Virus record (IMG/VR): IMGVR_UViG_3300025115_000006
Coordinates: 3,920 to 67,919 of that record
DNA length: 64,000 nt
Direction: 5' to 3' (one strand)
Origin: a virus
Below the pieces are notes generated by a model, which made no database searches, was not told the origin of the DNA, and saw nothing but the letters and a program-made list of their open reading frames with translations. Position numbers and translations under genes: made by a program. Of this stretch, positions 17,169 through 27,323 are shown in pieces (positions within the stretch are counted from its first letter, which is position 1; each line of letters opens with the position of its first letter).

Positions 17169-18677
17169 TTATTTTTTTAAGTTTGCGAGAGTCAACAATG
17201 AATCGTCAATCTCATCGTCCATATCAGAACCAGGTCTTAGATATTCATTCTTTGACTCTGTAACTTTAACCTTGACTTTTCTGCCAACGCTGAATGGAAG
17301 TTTGCTTATGTTTAGAGCATAAGACTGAAGTTCTTCACAGATTTTGTCAATGTCATCAATAGTGTATGTTTCATTTAATCTGTTCTTGATTTCATTTGCT
17401 GACACCCCAAGCATGGTAGCCTTTGATTCAATATATCTACGAACTGTATCATTAGCAATCTTCTTATAGTTCTCTGCCAACTTTTCAGTCTTCGATAATT
17501 TGCTTGTGATTTCTTTTTTCTGTGTTTCTAACAATTCTTTGGACTCATTGAGGCTTTCACTGAGTGTTCTAATCTTTTGATTGATTTCTGAGTTTTCATT
17601 TTTCAATGAGGTTAAACTTTCATTCAACTTTTTAATCTCTTGGTCTTTCTTAGATGCTGATTCTTGTAATCCAACTTGTGAATCTTTAACAGATTCATTT
17701 AGTGTCTCAATTTTAGCCCTTTGAGTTTTTATTACTCTAGTTTTGACTTCTAACTTTTCTTCTAACACGGAAACTGTTTTTTTGAGTTCCTTGGACTCTT
17801 TTGCTAAATTACTCAATCTAACTGTTGTAGACTTATATCTACTCAGTTCTTCTTCTAATTTGCCAACCTTAGCATCGCTAACTGCCAACTTGTTTTGAAG
17901 TTCAAGTAAACTTGCTTCTAAACCCGATTTACTCTTGACTGCTTCCTGAAGACTCTTCAATAATTCGTCAGACCCGTTATTAACGGCTTCATCTGATTCT
18001 GATGAATCTTTGTTATCAGTAACTACTATATTATCACTCTCTTTTGAAGAGGAATAATCAATCTTTAATGTGTCTAAGGTTTCTTGCATCAGTTTTCTTT
18101 CTGTATCACTTGATTGTTCAAGTGCCTCATTAAGAGCCTGTTTGAAAGTTTTTTTACCAACTGATTCAACTACTGGAGTTAATCTAGCCGCCTTGACTGC
18201 AGGTAGTAATACAACATCAAACGCTTGAAAGTCATATGTATCACTATCTACTTGCTCATTACCATTGTCATCTGCAAACACATCACCTGTGCCTCTTGAA
18301 CTGATTCCAATCTTATAACCATAATCTACAAATGTTTTAAGAATTCTACCATTAGGTGTATTTAAGATGTCCCACTTGCCCATTAATAAACCTTTATTGT
18401 TTTTTTTAGGTGCTTCTTTCATACAGATAGCAATCTTTTCCATATCTGTTTCACTTCTATCTGCAGGATGACCAAGTTCACCGAAAATACCACCATTTTC
18501 AAAATGTTCTTTTACAACATCACTGTTGAAAACTTTTTGCCACAGTTCTTCACTGTAACCTCTTCCATTTCTAGTAGGATTTATAATATCGGCACACGGT
18601 CCAACAAGAGTGCCTAAAATAGCAGAATTATTTTTTTCTGATGCGACATATGTCAATTTTTCATCTTTTTTTGCCAT
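17169..18677 (-). CDS. prohead protease (gp21-like) fused to coiled-coil scaffold (gp22-like)
   Basis: NGRGYS, FGELGHP, ILNTPNGRIL, IGISSRGTG, FDVV..P; C-terminal coiled coil with many LxES sites. Confidence 0.9.
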   Translation of the reverse strand: MAKKDEKLTYVASEKNNSAILGTLVGPCADIINPTRNGRGYSEELWQKVFNSDVVKEHFENGGIFGELGHPADRSETDMEKIAICMKEAPKKNNKGLLMGKWDILNTPNGRILKTFVDYGYKIGISSRGTGDVFADDNGNEQVDSDTYDFQAFDVVLLPAVKAARLTPVVESVGKKTFKQALNEALEQSSDTERKLMQETLDTLKIDYSSSKESDNIVVTDNKDSSESDEAVNNGSDELLKSLQEAVKSKSGLEASLLELQNKLAVSDAKVGKLEEELSRYKSTTVRLSNLAKESKELKKTVSVLEEKLEVKTRVIKTQRAKIETLNESVKDSQVGLQESASKKDQEIKKLNESLTSLKNENSEINQKIRTLSESLNESKELLETQKKEITSKLSKTEKLAENYKKIANDTVRRYIESKATMLGVSANEIKNRLNETYTIDDIDKICEELQSYALNISKLPFSVGRKVKVKVTESKNEYLRPGSDMDDEIDDSLLTLANLKK

Positions 18678-18946
18678 TCAGTATCTCCTCGCTAACTTGA
18701 TTGAAAAGTGCGTCACTTGAACAAATTAATGCCACATTAATGTTCATTTAAATTTAGCACTGATATATTTCAAATTTTATTTCTTTATGAAAATTTTTGT
18801 AAATGTGTTTTAGCCTTATAATTTTTCTTGTATAACCATAATAATTTATTATTAAGTTTATATAGATGCTAGACCTATTATTTATTATTTCTTTAGGAAG
18901 TGCATTAGCAAATGTTTTGCTAAGTCATTTCACATCTGCTAATTTA

Positions 18947-19396
18947 TTATTTTATAGATTCTAATGCCTTTAAATCTGCCTTAATTAGTTTCATTAATCT
19001 CAATGCATTTGTGATATCATAGGTTTTAAAGTAGTTCTCTAGAACCTTTGTTATCTCATCTGCTCTTGAGTGTTTAAGAAACAGTTGTTTATTTTCTAAT
19101 TGTCTGCTAAACAATAAAATTTGTGTTAGCATTGCTGACAATGTAACAAGAACTTCCTGAGGCTCCTCAATTTCTTTAACTATATTAATATATAGATTAC
19201 TCTTTTTCTTATTGTAGTTAACTCTCACTCTCTCATAAAAACTTAGAACATCAAGTTGTCTGTTATCATTGATGAACTTCAAAACATCAAGAGACATTTC
19301 TTTAGAACTCATTAACTGTGAAATCTGTTTACTAACATTGATTCCTTTTTCTTGCATCTCAGTTAGCAGTAATATACAGTCATTTTTCTTAATCAT
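18947..19396 (-). CDS. hypothetical protein between portal and protease
   Basis: 149 aa ORF in head module. Confidence 0.7.
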   Translation of the reverse strand: MIKKNDCILLLTEMQEKGINVSKQISQLMSSKEMSLDVLKFINDNRQLDVLSFYERVRVNYNKKKSNLYINIVKEIEEPQEVLVTLSAMLTQILLFSRQLENKQLFLKHSRADEITKVLENYFKTYDITNALRLMKLIKADLKALESIK

Positions 19397-19423
19397 ACTA
19401 TCTACCTATTCCTTTTCATAGTG

Positions 19424-21397
19424 TTATTTATTTTTTGTTAGGTCAAGACCTAGTTCAGTAGGCTTTGGTAAATAATCTGCTTCTTGACCATTTTGTTCTG
19501 GTTCTTGCTCTGTTGAAACAATTTCTTCGGGGGCTGATTCTTCAGAAGATTCTGCTTCATCTGTTCCACCAAACACCTTATCTTCAAAAGATTTTCCTTT
19601 TTCAACAGGCTCAGTTGTCATTGATTCTTCAGGTGTCTTTTCTTTTTCAGAAGATTCAGACTTACCTTCTTCTTGTTCTTGAAGTTTCTCAATTTCTTCT
19701 TCAAGAAGTGCAATAACCTCAGAGTCTGAAATTGATGATGAAAGTAGTGACTTAAGAATCTTTAACTTAGTTGAAGAAGATGATACATCACCTAAAGTGT
19801 TCATAATATCACTTACAACTCTAATCTTATTGGTAACATTATCTCTTTTATCAATTTCTTCTTGAGTAATAGGAGCAGACATTCTTAAGTTGAACTTGTT
19901 GATATAAGCAGTTAAGCCCTTATCTAATAACATTAGATTAACAACATCAGTTAATGCTTGAATCAATGTGTTTTGAATTCTCTTGATTGCCTTACCATAT
20001 CTACTAGAGATGATTGATAGTGATGAGCCACCATTGAAACCGGCGGCGTCATCTGTAACACCAAAGAATTGTTTAGGAGTTCTAAATGAACCAAAGAATT
20101 TATCTTGAAAGTATGATAAGTCTGTTAATTGTTTAGGGTCAACATCTCCACCAATTTGCTGTGTGCTAATTGCTCCTACACCACCATGAGTAGGAATGTA
20201 GATGTTATTTTCAATTGGACCTGGATTGGTATACTCTTGCATGTTATTGCCTGTATTAACGGCCGATTTTTGCTCAATCAAATTCTTTATGCTCATTAAA
20301 TGAGCACCAACATTTTCTTTTGGCATGTCACCTACTTCAATTGAAATCATTCTAACAATTGAAGACTTAGTGACACGATTAAGTAACACAGAACTTTCAA
20401 GAAGAGATAATTCTCTCCAAACTTTGAAAGCACTGTAAAGCATTGATTGACCTCTTCTTACAGTATATTTAATATGTTTTCCATTTTCATCTTCAATATT
20501 ATTATCTAAGAAAATGTCTACTTCTTCAGGCTGTCTTGCACTTGTGTCCTCAAGAGCCGCGTGAACAAAGTCAGTTGCTTCATAAATGTTGACATCGCCT
20601 TTTCTCATTCTGTATTGCATTGGCATATAAAGATTTGCTAATGAATTTTGTTTTACAGTTTGAATTCTCACAGGTGCTTCAACATAACCCATTGTCTTAC
20701 CAAAACGAGTTAGTTCAAACATGTCTCCAGGATTAGATACAGACTCAATATAGTGAACATAGTGGTCATCTTTATCATGAGTAATTACATTAACATCTTC
20801 TTTAAGTGTTTGTTGTCTTTCATTTTCTTTTTTTATTACTTCAGATATTGCAATTTGTTCATCGTCTGGACCAAGATTTTCAAGTGTTTCATTAAGTTTC
20901 TTTTGCTTTTCATTTGAGCCAAACAGTAAATCATCACCATAATCTGATTCTTTGTATAGTCTTAAATATAAATCACCATATTTAATTAGACCATATGCCC
21001 AACCATAAAGATGCTTATCAACATTCATTGACTCTAGTAGATATGTTACATATTTTGCAACATTAGAATCAGAGGATTCACACCACATTACTTTTCCTTC
21101 ATCATTTGTTTCAACAGTGTCTTCGGCATATGTCTCAAGAATAGAGGCAATCATACTATCATTTCCCATTGAGTCCAAAATCTTATACATGTTTTCTCTG
21201 GTTTGTGATACAGCGGAAAAGCCTTCTAGTTTTGAAATATCTAAGACACCATTAATGGCGGCACTTAGAATATTCTTCTCTAGATTTCCTGTTGTGTCCA
21301 CTCCAATTTCAGGTGCTTTTGCAGGAACAGGTTTAATCTTTACTCCTGCTAATGTTCCCTTTTTAGTTTTATCTTTGTTATCTTCCATTTTATTCAA
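19424..21397 (-). CDS. portal protein (T4 gp20-like)
   Basis: LIKYGDLY, GQSMLYSAFKVWRELSLLESSVLLNRV, DLSYFQDKFF...PK, acidic C-tail; adjacent to terminase. Confidence 0.88.
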   Translation of the reverse strand: MNKMEDNKDKTKKGTLAGVKIKPVPAKAPEIGVDTTGNLEKNILSAAINGVLDISKLEGFSAVSQTRENMYKILDSMGNDSMIASILETYAEDTVETNDEGKVMWCESSDSNVAKYVTYLLESMNVDKHLYGWAYGLIKYGDLYLRLYKESDYGDDLLFGSNEKQKKLNETLENLGPDDEQIAISEVIKKENERQQTLKEDVNVITHDKDDHYVHYIESVSNPGDMFELTRFGKTMGYVEAPVRIQTVKQNSLANLYMPMQYRMRKGDVNIYEATDFVHAALEDTSARQPEEVDIFLDNNIEDENGKHIKYTVRRGQSMLYSAFKVWRELSLLESSVLLNRVTKSSIVRMISIEVGDMPKENVGAHLMSIKNLIEQKSAVNTGNNMQEYTNPGPIENNIYIPTHGGVGAISTQQIGGDVDPKQLTDLSYFQDKFFGSFRTPKQFFGVTDDAAGFNGGSSLSIISSRYGKAIKRIQNTLIQALTDVVNLMLLDKGLTAYINKFNLRMSAPITQEEIDKRDNVTNKIRVVSDIMNTLGDVSSSSTKLKILKSLLSSSISDSEVIALLEEEIEKLQEQEEGKSESSEKEKTPEESMTTEPVEKGKSFEDKVFGGTDEAESSEESAPEEIVSTEQEPEQNGQEADYLPKPTELGLDLTKNK

Positions 21398-21408
21398 ATC
21401 CTTTCATT

Positions 21409-23466
21409 TTACCAAACAAGAATTCCATCTTTCACTAAAGCATTTGGAACACTTGTAGGCTTAGATATGTTTGACTGCTGAGGTTGCTGTTGAGCAGAGT
21501 TTTTATTCTGTGCTTGAGCATTTTGTCTTTCATTAAATTTAGCAAGAGGGTCAAGTAGTTTTAACTCTTCCTCAAAATCTACGGTTATTTGTCTTCTCAA
21601 GTTTGAGGAGTCATTGTTGGTCTTAAGTATTGACTCTAGAGACTCACCAAAATCAAATGCAAACTCTTCCGCATGTTGAGATGCATTATACACAGCACCA
21701 CACACCGCATCCGCACTGTCCTTTGAATTGACTCCTGTGATATCATGGTCAATCTTACCATTATTATCTCTTTTAAGACCTACAACTTCTTCTGTTAGCA
21801 ATGCTGTTTTATAGGTCTCAATTCTCTCATCATAAATTGTAGTCTTGAAATATTGATAAGGTTTATTGATTCTATCTTTATCAACTTTATCCACAGATAT
21901 GATATCATAATTGAATCCTTTTACTTTTAATGTTTGTCCTGTATCATAAGATTGATATGTATCTGTTGATATACCCTTTACATTAAAGCCTTGCTCTCTT
22001 AGCCAAAACACAAACTGTCTGTTCTTTTCAAAACTAATCTGATGACCTTTTGGAGCCTTGATAGATGTATTAAATGCTAGTCTATATTTTAAGTCTTTTG
22101 AAGCAGGTCTTCCTTCTTCAACCTTGTCTTTCTTTCCTGTAATCCACACCCCTGCAATACCTGTTTTGTCACCACTAATAGACATATCTAGATGAACATA
22201 TAAAGGTCTTGCTTTCAAATCTGATGGAACTTGTTCTAAATCAAAGAAGTCATAATATTGACTTGTGTCATCAGCACTATTGCCAACTGTAATAACATCT
22301 TTAGTAAATGGATTCTTTATACTTGTATTAACACATTTAGACCATCTCTCACCACTAATATATCTTGTTGAGTTAGATGTTGATACACCAGCAATATCTG
22401 TTAGTGCAATATCAATATCATCAAGAAATGCTTCATAGTAACCCATGGGAACTTTAAGAAGTGTATAACCACGATTTCTATAAATCTGCAACTCTTCTTC
22501 AGATGCAGTTAGAGGAACCATTTCACTGTTTAAGAATCTATTACCAACAGCAACATAGAACTTGTTAGGGCTATCTTTATCTGTTCTAACCACCCACTGT
22601 GGCTCATCAATAATAAGAGTTGTTTTACTCTCATTCTTTTTCTTCATTTCTATATAAGATTCAAGAAATGATTGGTCTGTTCTTTTAGATGATGCAAGAA
22701 TATGGAGTGTAGGCAATTTCTCACCTCTCATGAATCTTGACTGCATACGCGCATCTACAGAACTAATAAGCATTTTTGCTCTTTCTTTTTGTTTGTTAAT
22801 GTCTTGATTTGGCATAAATGATATTTCATCTTCAAATGAACAATACACAGCACGACCAATAACATGTCGAGGTTGTGAGCCATATAGAAGTTCAATATTC
22901 TTATTTGGTTGCCATTCAGGCTGTAATTGTTTACTGACTCTTCCCTTATTTAAAAACCAAGGAGATGATTGAAGTAATTCTTGACATTTTGACCATGCAA
23001 CACCTTTGGCCGCATCAAGTGTAATGTTCATGAAACTGAATGTAATCTTGTCAATAGACTGTAGTCCATGATGAAGATAAGGGTCTTTAAGACACATCAT
23101 TCTATAGAGCATGTATAACATTGCAATGACAGCAACAAAAGATTTACCAAGACCAATAGCACCAGATAAAATAATAGTGTTATATGCTGTGTCAACATTA
23201 TTTGGAAACATTTTTTTCAATGTTTCTACCCAATAAGGAAACACTGTAAATTTTCCTTCTTTATTGACTAGACCCGCTCCTAAGTAAAGCGGATTTCTTA
23301 AAAACTCTTCTATAGTAACAGGAATTTCTTCATAGTCTTCATAGATAAGATTGTTTAAAGTAGATGATTCACCTTTGTCAGTTATTTCTTTTAAAATGGA
23401 AAGAGCCAAGGCTTTTTCCTCGGCTGTTAGGTTATTTAAAATTGTTGTCTGTGAACTATTAGGCAT
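21409..23466 (-). CDS. terminase large subunit
   Basis: Walker A GAIGLGKS, Walker B FEDE, nuclease VHLDMSISGD...STDTYQS...SKDSADA. Confidence 0.9.
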   Translation of the reverse strand: MPNSSQTTILNNLTAEEKALALSILKEITDKGESSTLNNLIYEDYEEIPVTIEEFLRNPLYLGAGLVNKEGKFTVFPYWVETLKKMFPNNVDTAYNTIILSGAIGLGKSFVAVIAMLYMLYRMMCLKDPYLHHGLQSIDKITFSFMNITLDAAKGVAWSKCQELLQSSPWFLNKGRVSKQLQPEWQPNKNIELLYGSQPRHVIGRAVYCSFEDEISFMPNQDINKQKERAKMLISSVDARMQSRFMRGEKLPTLHILASSKRTDQSFLESYIEMKKKNESKTTLIIDEPQWVVRTDKDSPNKFYVAVGNRFLNSEMVPLTASEEELQIYRNRGYTLLKVPMGYYEAFLDDIDIALTDIAGVSTSNSTRYISGERWSKCVNTSIKNPFTKDVITVGNSADDTSQYYDFFDLEQVPSDLKARPLYVHLDMSISGDKTGIAGVWITGKKDKVEEGRPASKDLKYRLAFNTSIKAPKGHQISFEKNRQFVFWLREQGFNVKGISTDTYQSYDTGQTLKVKGFNYDIISVDKVDKDRINKPYQYFKTTIYDERIETYKTALLTEEVVGLKRDNNGKIDHDITGVNSKDSADAVCGAVYNASQHAEEFAFDFGESLESILKTNNDSSNLRRQITVDFEEELKLLDPLAKFNERQNAQAQNKNSAQQQPQQSNISKPTSVPNALVKDGILVW

Positions 23467-23491
23467 AATCTACTTAGTTCTCCTTTTGAGG

Positions 23492-23872
23492 CTATTTGTT
23501 GATGACCTTGAGTTGATAAATCATTGCCTCGATTTGTTCTTTCAGATATGTTTCCATGTCACCAAAGTTGTCTTTGATGTATACTTGTAACTCATCAGTC
23601 AATTGAGACTTGATAATTGAAAGTGCTTTTTCATTAGCAATTTTTTGCTCTTCAGCAGTAAACTTGCCTTGTTTCTTAAGTGCATCAACATATGTTTGAA
23701 ATACTGATTGAACAGCACTCATAACAATTTTAGTAATTGCTGTTGACCACATTGCAATATTTCTGTCTTTAATCTTGCTGTTTAGAAATGCAATGAGAAC
23801 AGTTGTCGCCCAGGTGGCTAGACCTGTTCCAATAGTTCCTACAATACTCCATAATACTTGTTCAAATTCCAT
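23492..23872 (-). CDS. holin-like membrane protein (LL-H-like)
   Basis: N-terminal TM helix, then QTYVDALKKQGKFT..EQ helical domain. Confidence 0.55.
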   Translation of the reverse strand: MEFEQVLWSIVGTIGTGLATWATTVLIAFLNSKIKDRNIAMWSTAITKIVMSAVQSVFQTYVDALKKQGKFTAEEQKIANEKALSIIKSQLTDELQVYIKDNFGDMETYLKEQIEAMIYQLKVINK

Positions 23873-23979
23873 AATAATTTCTCCTTTTTAGGTTTTTACC
23901 TCTTGACATATCACTACTTTGTTTCATATGAAACTTAATTAAATGTCTCATTTAATTTAGCACTATCTTAAAGTTTATT

Positions 23980-24834
23980 TTAAACTTTATTGGGTTCTTC
24001 TGTATTCTCATCATCAGAGAAATCAAGAGGAAGTTTTTCTTCTGACTCAGGCTTTTCTTTCTTTTGAAATCTGTAAGGATTTCCTGGAGTAAATTGACCA
24101 CTCTTACGACCAATTTTATTGATATCATCTAAAGTAAACGGTGATGAATCAAAATCATCTGTATCAAAAATATCTAATTGAATGGCTCTATCATATCTCA
24201 TTCCATAAATCTTAGGAAATATGTAATCAGCATATAGTCTTTGCATAGACTGTTTTGCATATTTAATATAATTGTTAATTACACTTGTGACCTTTAGAAT
24301 CCAATCCATGTTTGCTAACACTAACATTACATGCTTACAACCACTTCCTTTTGAGTCACTTGGATTAGTAATATCACTGACTCTTGTTTCCACAGGTCCA
24401 CTGTTGTAATTCTTCTGTGTTGCCCAATATGCTTGTCTATATTTCCAATCTTCACAGGTGCATGAAACAAAAACATCTTCAGTGTTAAAAATTCTAATCA
24501 ATGAAGTTAGAATAGTTTTAAACTCAAGTTTGTTATTGTTCTTTTTAACTTCTTTAGCCACTTCTTCAAGAATTCCTTTGAATTTAATTTTAGTGATATA
24601 CTCATCAGTTTCACCAATTACTTTTATACCAACTAAAAGAATATCATGCTTGAAGAAAAGGTTCATGTCCAGATTATTGTATTGAGCGACATTAGTATAA
24701 ATACGAGAGTGTTTTCTTCTCTCATATCTGTTTCGACCTTTGAATCTATTACTAGGAACATATTGGTCGCCTCTTTTACCTTTGTCAATAAGGTCTCGTC
24801 TGCTGGCCTCATCTAGAATTACTCTTTTTATCAT
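23980..24834 (-). CDS. SWIM zinc-finger protein
   Basis: VSCTCEDWKYR...GCKHV (CxC...CxH). Confidence 0.7.
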   Translation of the reverse strand: MIKRVILDEASRRDLIDKGKRGDQYVPSNRFKGRNRYERRKHSRIYTNVAQYNNLDMNLFFKHDILLVGIKVIGETDEYITKIKFKGILEEVAKEVKKNNNKLEFKTILTSLIRIFNTEDVFVSCTCEDWKYRQAYWATQKNYNSGPVETRVSDITNPSDSKGSGCKHVMLVLANMDWILKVTSVINNYIKYAKQSMQRLYADYIFPKIYGMRYDRAIQLDIFDTDDFDSSPFTLDDINKIGRKSGQFTPGNPYRFQKKEKPESEEKLPLDFSDDENTEEPNKV

Positions 24835-24859
24835 TAAGAACCCTTCCCACTCTCTTTAT

Positions 24860-25384
24860 TTATTCATTTAAAATTCTTGATGTAGATTGTGTAGATGATG
24901 TGGGCTTATTTGTTGTTCTAGGTTTTGTAGTTGTTTTAGGTTTAGGTTTTCCTTCAGGTAAGCCTAAAATAGAGTGATAGAGATTATCCATAACACCATT
25001 TTTACCTAGTTGATGATATTGTGTATATATATTATTAAAATCATCTTTTACATTTCTAGGACAATAGCCCTTCATCAGCCACTCGTCTGCCATTATAGCA
25101 AGGTCATGTCTTAATCCAGCCTGAGTGCCTTTCTTAATCATGATTAAATCTTCTTTGATAGGTTTAACCACCTCTTCAATGGCGTCCTTCATATCATTTT
25201 TTATAGTTTCTCTTTCCTCATGAGCCTTATGTTCTCTAAGTTCAGATAACTCCTCTAGTTCTTTATCTCTTTTTTGAAAATATTTATCAAAACTTCTCTT
25301 CAGCAATAAGCCTACAACAGAAGTTAAAATTGTAGTTCCTAGTAGAGACACAAACGCAAATAACACAACACTCATATCAATCAT
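24860..25384 (-). CDS. single-TM protein, holin-associated type
   Basis: N-terminal TM, coiled coil, QAGLRHDL...KGY...YHQLGKNG motif typical of Bacillota phage lysis regions. Confidence 0.55.
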   Translation of the reverse strand: MIDMSVVLFAFVSLLGTTILTSVVGLLLKRSFDKYFQKRDKELEELSELREHKAHEERETIKNDMKDAIEEVVKPIKEDLIMIKKGTQAGLRHDLAIMADEWLMKGYCPRNVKDDFNNIYTQYHQLGKNGVMDNLYHSILGLPEGKPKPKTTTKPRTTNKPTSSTQSTSRILNE

Positions 25385-25474
25385 ACATACCTTCTCCTTG
25401 ATGTCTAATATCTTTTAAAAGATAGACTTCATCTATCTAATTTAATTTAGCAACTATATTTCAATACTTTATTT

Positions 25475-25675
25475 CTAAAACAGATATTCTACCCATTGAC
25501 CTGCAACAGATAAAATATAATCTTTTTTGTTTTCAAGACATCTCATAGTGGAGCCCGGATGAACTCCTTCATCTAGACCAGGCATGTTTGCGATGTCAAC
25601 AATTAGGTCACAGATGAACTCTCTAGTATATTGTCCTAAACCATTATTAGTTCTTTTAGTTTCAATTAGCGCCAT
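25475..25675 (-). CDS. small hypothetical protein, paralog of 25685-25870
   Basis: shared RTNNGLG.Y...F..D...D...V..GS...CLEN.K.YILS....W. Confidence 0.7.
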   Translation of the reverse strand: MALIETKRTNNGLGQYTREFICDLIVDIANMPGLDEGVHPGSTMRCLENKKDYILSVAGQWVEYLF

Positions 25676-25684
25676 ATTGTTCTC

Positions 25685-25870
25685 CTATTGAATTGTCCAT
25701 ATCTTATCAGTTGATAAGATATATTTTTTACTATTTTCTAAGCAGAGTATAACACTACCAACAGCAACTTCAGTTGTGATGTCTTCAACATCTAAAATTG
25801 TGTCAGCAAGAAATACTACTATGTAATCTCCTAAACCATTGTTTGTTCTTGATACTACTGAAAATGCCAT
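25685..25870 (-). CDS. small hypothetical protein, paralog of 25475-25675
   Basis: same motif; AAGGAG RBS. Confidence 0.7.
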   Translation of the reverse strand: MAFSVVSRTNNGLGDYIVVFLADTILDVEDITTEVAVGSVILCLENSKKYILSTDKIWTIQ

Positions 25871-25897
25871 AATTTATTTTCTCCTTTAAATATTTAA

Positions 25898-26407
25898 TTA
25901 ACTCCAGTCATGCATTATTTCTTGATTTCTAGAAACTAATCTAAGAACTACTCTGTATCCAAAATAACTTGCATCTGGTATAACCACAGTCAGATTTGTG
26001 GAATGGTCAACTCTAAACTGAATAAAATCTAAATAAAAATGAATTCTCTGTGCAGTGTTTAGTGGAACATATATCAATGTTGCTCCCTCATAATTATCAG
26101 TGTCATTATACATCTTTACTCTTAGTTCATATACATCAGCCATTTCTCCTGAATCTGGATTATCTGGTCTTGTTGAGTTTAAAGGTTGTTCTAACATATT
26201 TGAAATTATATCACCTAACAATGCTGATGTTGTTCCTTGCCAATATAAATCAGATTTAGGAATAACAATCACATCACCAACTGCAACTCCATCTTTTAAT
26301 AAGTTATACTCATGAAGATTTTCAGGCGCTGGTGTTTCATTCTCAGCAATTGTATAGTCAGGACTTTCTTTGACTTCATAATTTAATTTCGCATAAATAT
26401 AATCCAT
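25898..26407 (-). CDS. hypothetical virion-region protein
   Basis: 169 aa, AGGAG RBS. Confidence 0.65.
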   Translation of the reverse strand: MDYIYAKLNYEVKESPDYTIAENETPAPENLHEYNLLKDGVAVGDVIVIPKSDLYWQGTTSALLGDIISNMLEQPLNSTRPDNPDSGEMADVYELRVKMYNDTDNYEGATLIYVPLNTAQRIHFYLDFIQFRVDHSTNLTVVIPDASYFGYRVVLRLVSRNQEIMHDWS

Positions 26408-26417
26408 ATTTTATCTC

Positions 26418-26867
26418 CTATGAAAGAACAATGAAAGGAGTTTTTTTGACAATGGTATTAATATACTCCTTACTGTCTTTTGTTATCTTTGCTCTAATTT
26501 GATAATAGTAATTTCCTGGCAATAAGAATCTGGTGTCAATACTTGCAAATTCAACCACAACATCGCCATTTTCATTTAAATCATCTTTTGTAAATGTTTT
26601 TCTAACTACTGCATTCTCAAAGTAGATGTCAATCTCAGGAATACCTAAGTAAGTGATTTCATCTTCAATGAAGATTATAGTTCCTTCAGTGTCTAATAAG
26701 TAATTAGCACCTGCAGAGAATATACCAAGATAAACTTCATCTGTTCCTTTTAACACATATCTAACAGGTTCTAATTCTGTTCCCTGATTGATGAATAAAG
26801 GCACAGAGAAGTCATCACCTCTATTAACTGTTATAATTCCATTATTAGATATTGTTAACATTAGCAA
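26418..26867 (-). CDS. Ig/BppU-like beta-sandwich protein
   Basis: ITVNRGDDF...DTRFLLPGNYYYQI pattern. Confidence 0.5.
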   Translation of the reverse strand: MLMLTISNNGIITVNRGDDFSVPLFINQGTELEPVRYVLKGTDEVYLGIFSAGANYLLDTEGTIIFIEDEITYLGIPEIDIYFENAVVRKTFTKDDLNENGDVVVEFASIDTRFLLPGNYYYQIRAKITKDSKEYINTIVKKTPFIVLS

Positions 26868-26879
26868 TGACTCCCTTCT

Positions 26880-27323
26880 TTATTTGTCTTCTGTGTTGTG
26901 TTCATGTTCTTCAGACTGACCATCTATAATTAGATTTGCATTTGATGAAACAAGAATTAATGCCTTTTGTAGTTGTCCAACATGAATGTTTTCTTCATTG
27001 GTAATCTCAGTAAGTATTTCAATAATGTCTTCATATTTTGCAATAACTTCAACATTTTTTTCTTTACTTATTAAATCTCTAATTGTTGCAATTTGAGAGT
27101 TATATGTATCAATTGCCTCAAACTCATCAATGATGGCCAAGTTTAATAAACTTGCTATTCCAAATCCTTCTTCAGTTACAGGAGGAGTAGAAACCTCAGA
27201 TGTAGAAATCTCAGGTGTAGATATTTCAGGAGTAATTACAACTTCATCATCTGTAAGAGAATCTTCTTTTAAAATAGTTCTAACAACATCATCAACAGGT
27301 TCTTCTAAAATAAGTTTAGTCAT
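26880..27323 (-). CDS. ferritin-like four-helix-bundle protein
   Basis: AIIDEFEAIDTY...EENIHVGQL; likely start MTKLILEE at 27323 overlapping upstream stop. Confidence 0.6.
   Translation of the reverse strand: MTKLILEEPVDDVVRTILKEDSLTDDEVVITPEISTPEISTSEVSTPPVTEEGFGIASLLNLAIIDEFEAIDTYNSQIATIRDLISKEKNVEVIAKYEDIIEILTEITNEENIHVGQLQKALILVSSNANLIIDGQSEEHEHNTEDK

Noticed and set aside
21409-23466. Intein or intron in terminase (also checked for RtcB and TopA)
   Set aside because: No splicing motifs or length excess; motifs are collinear
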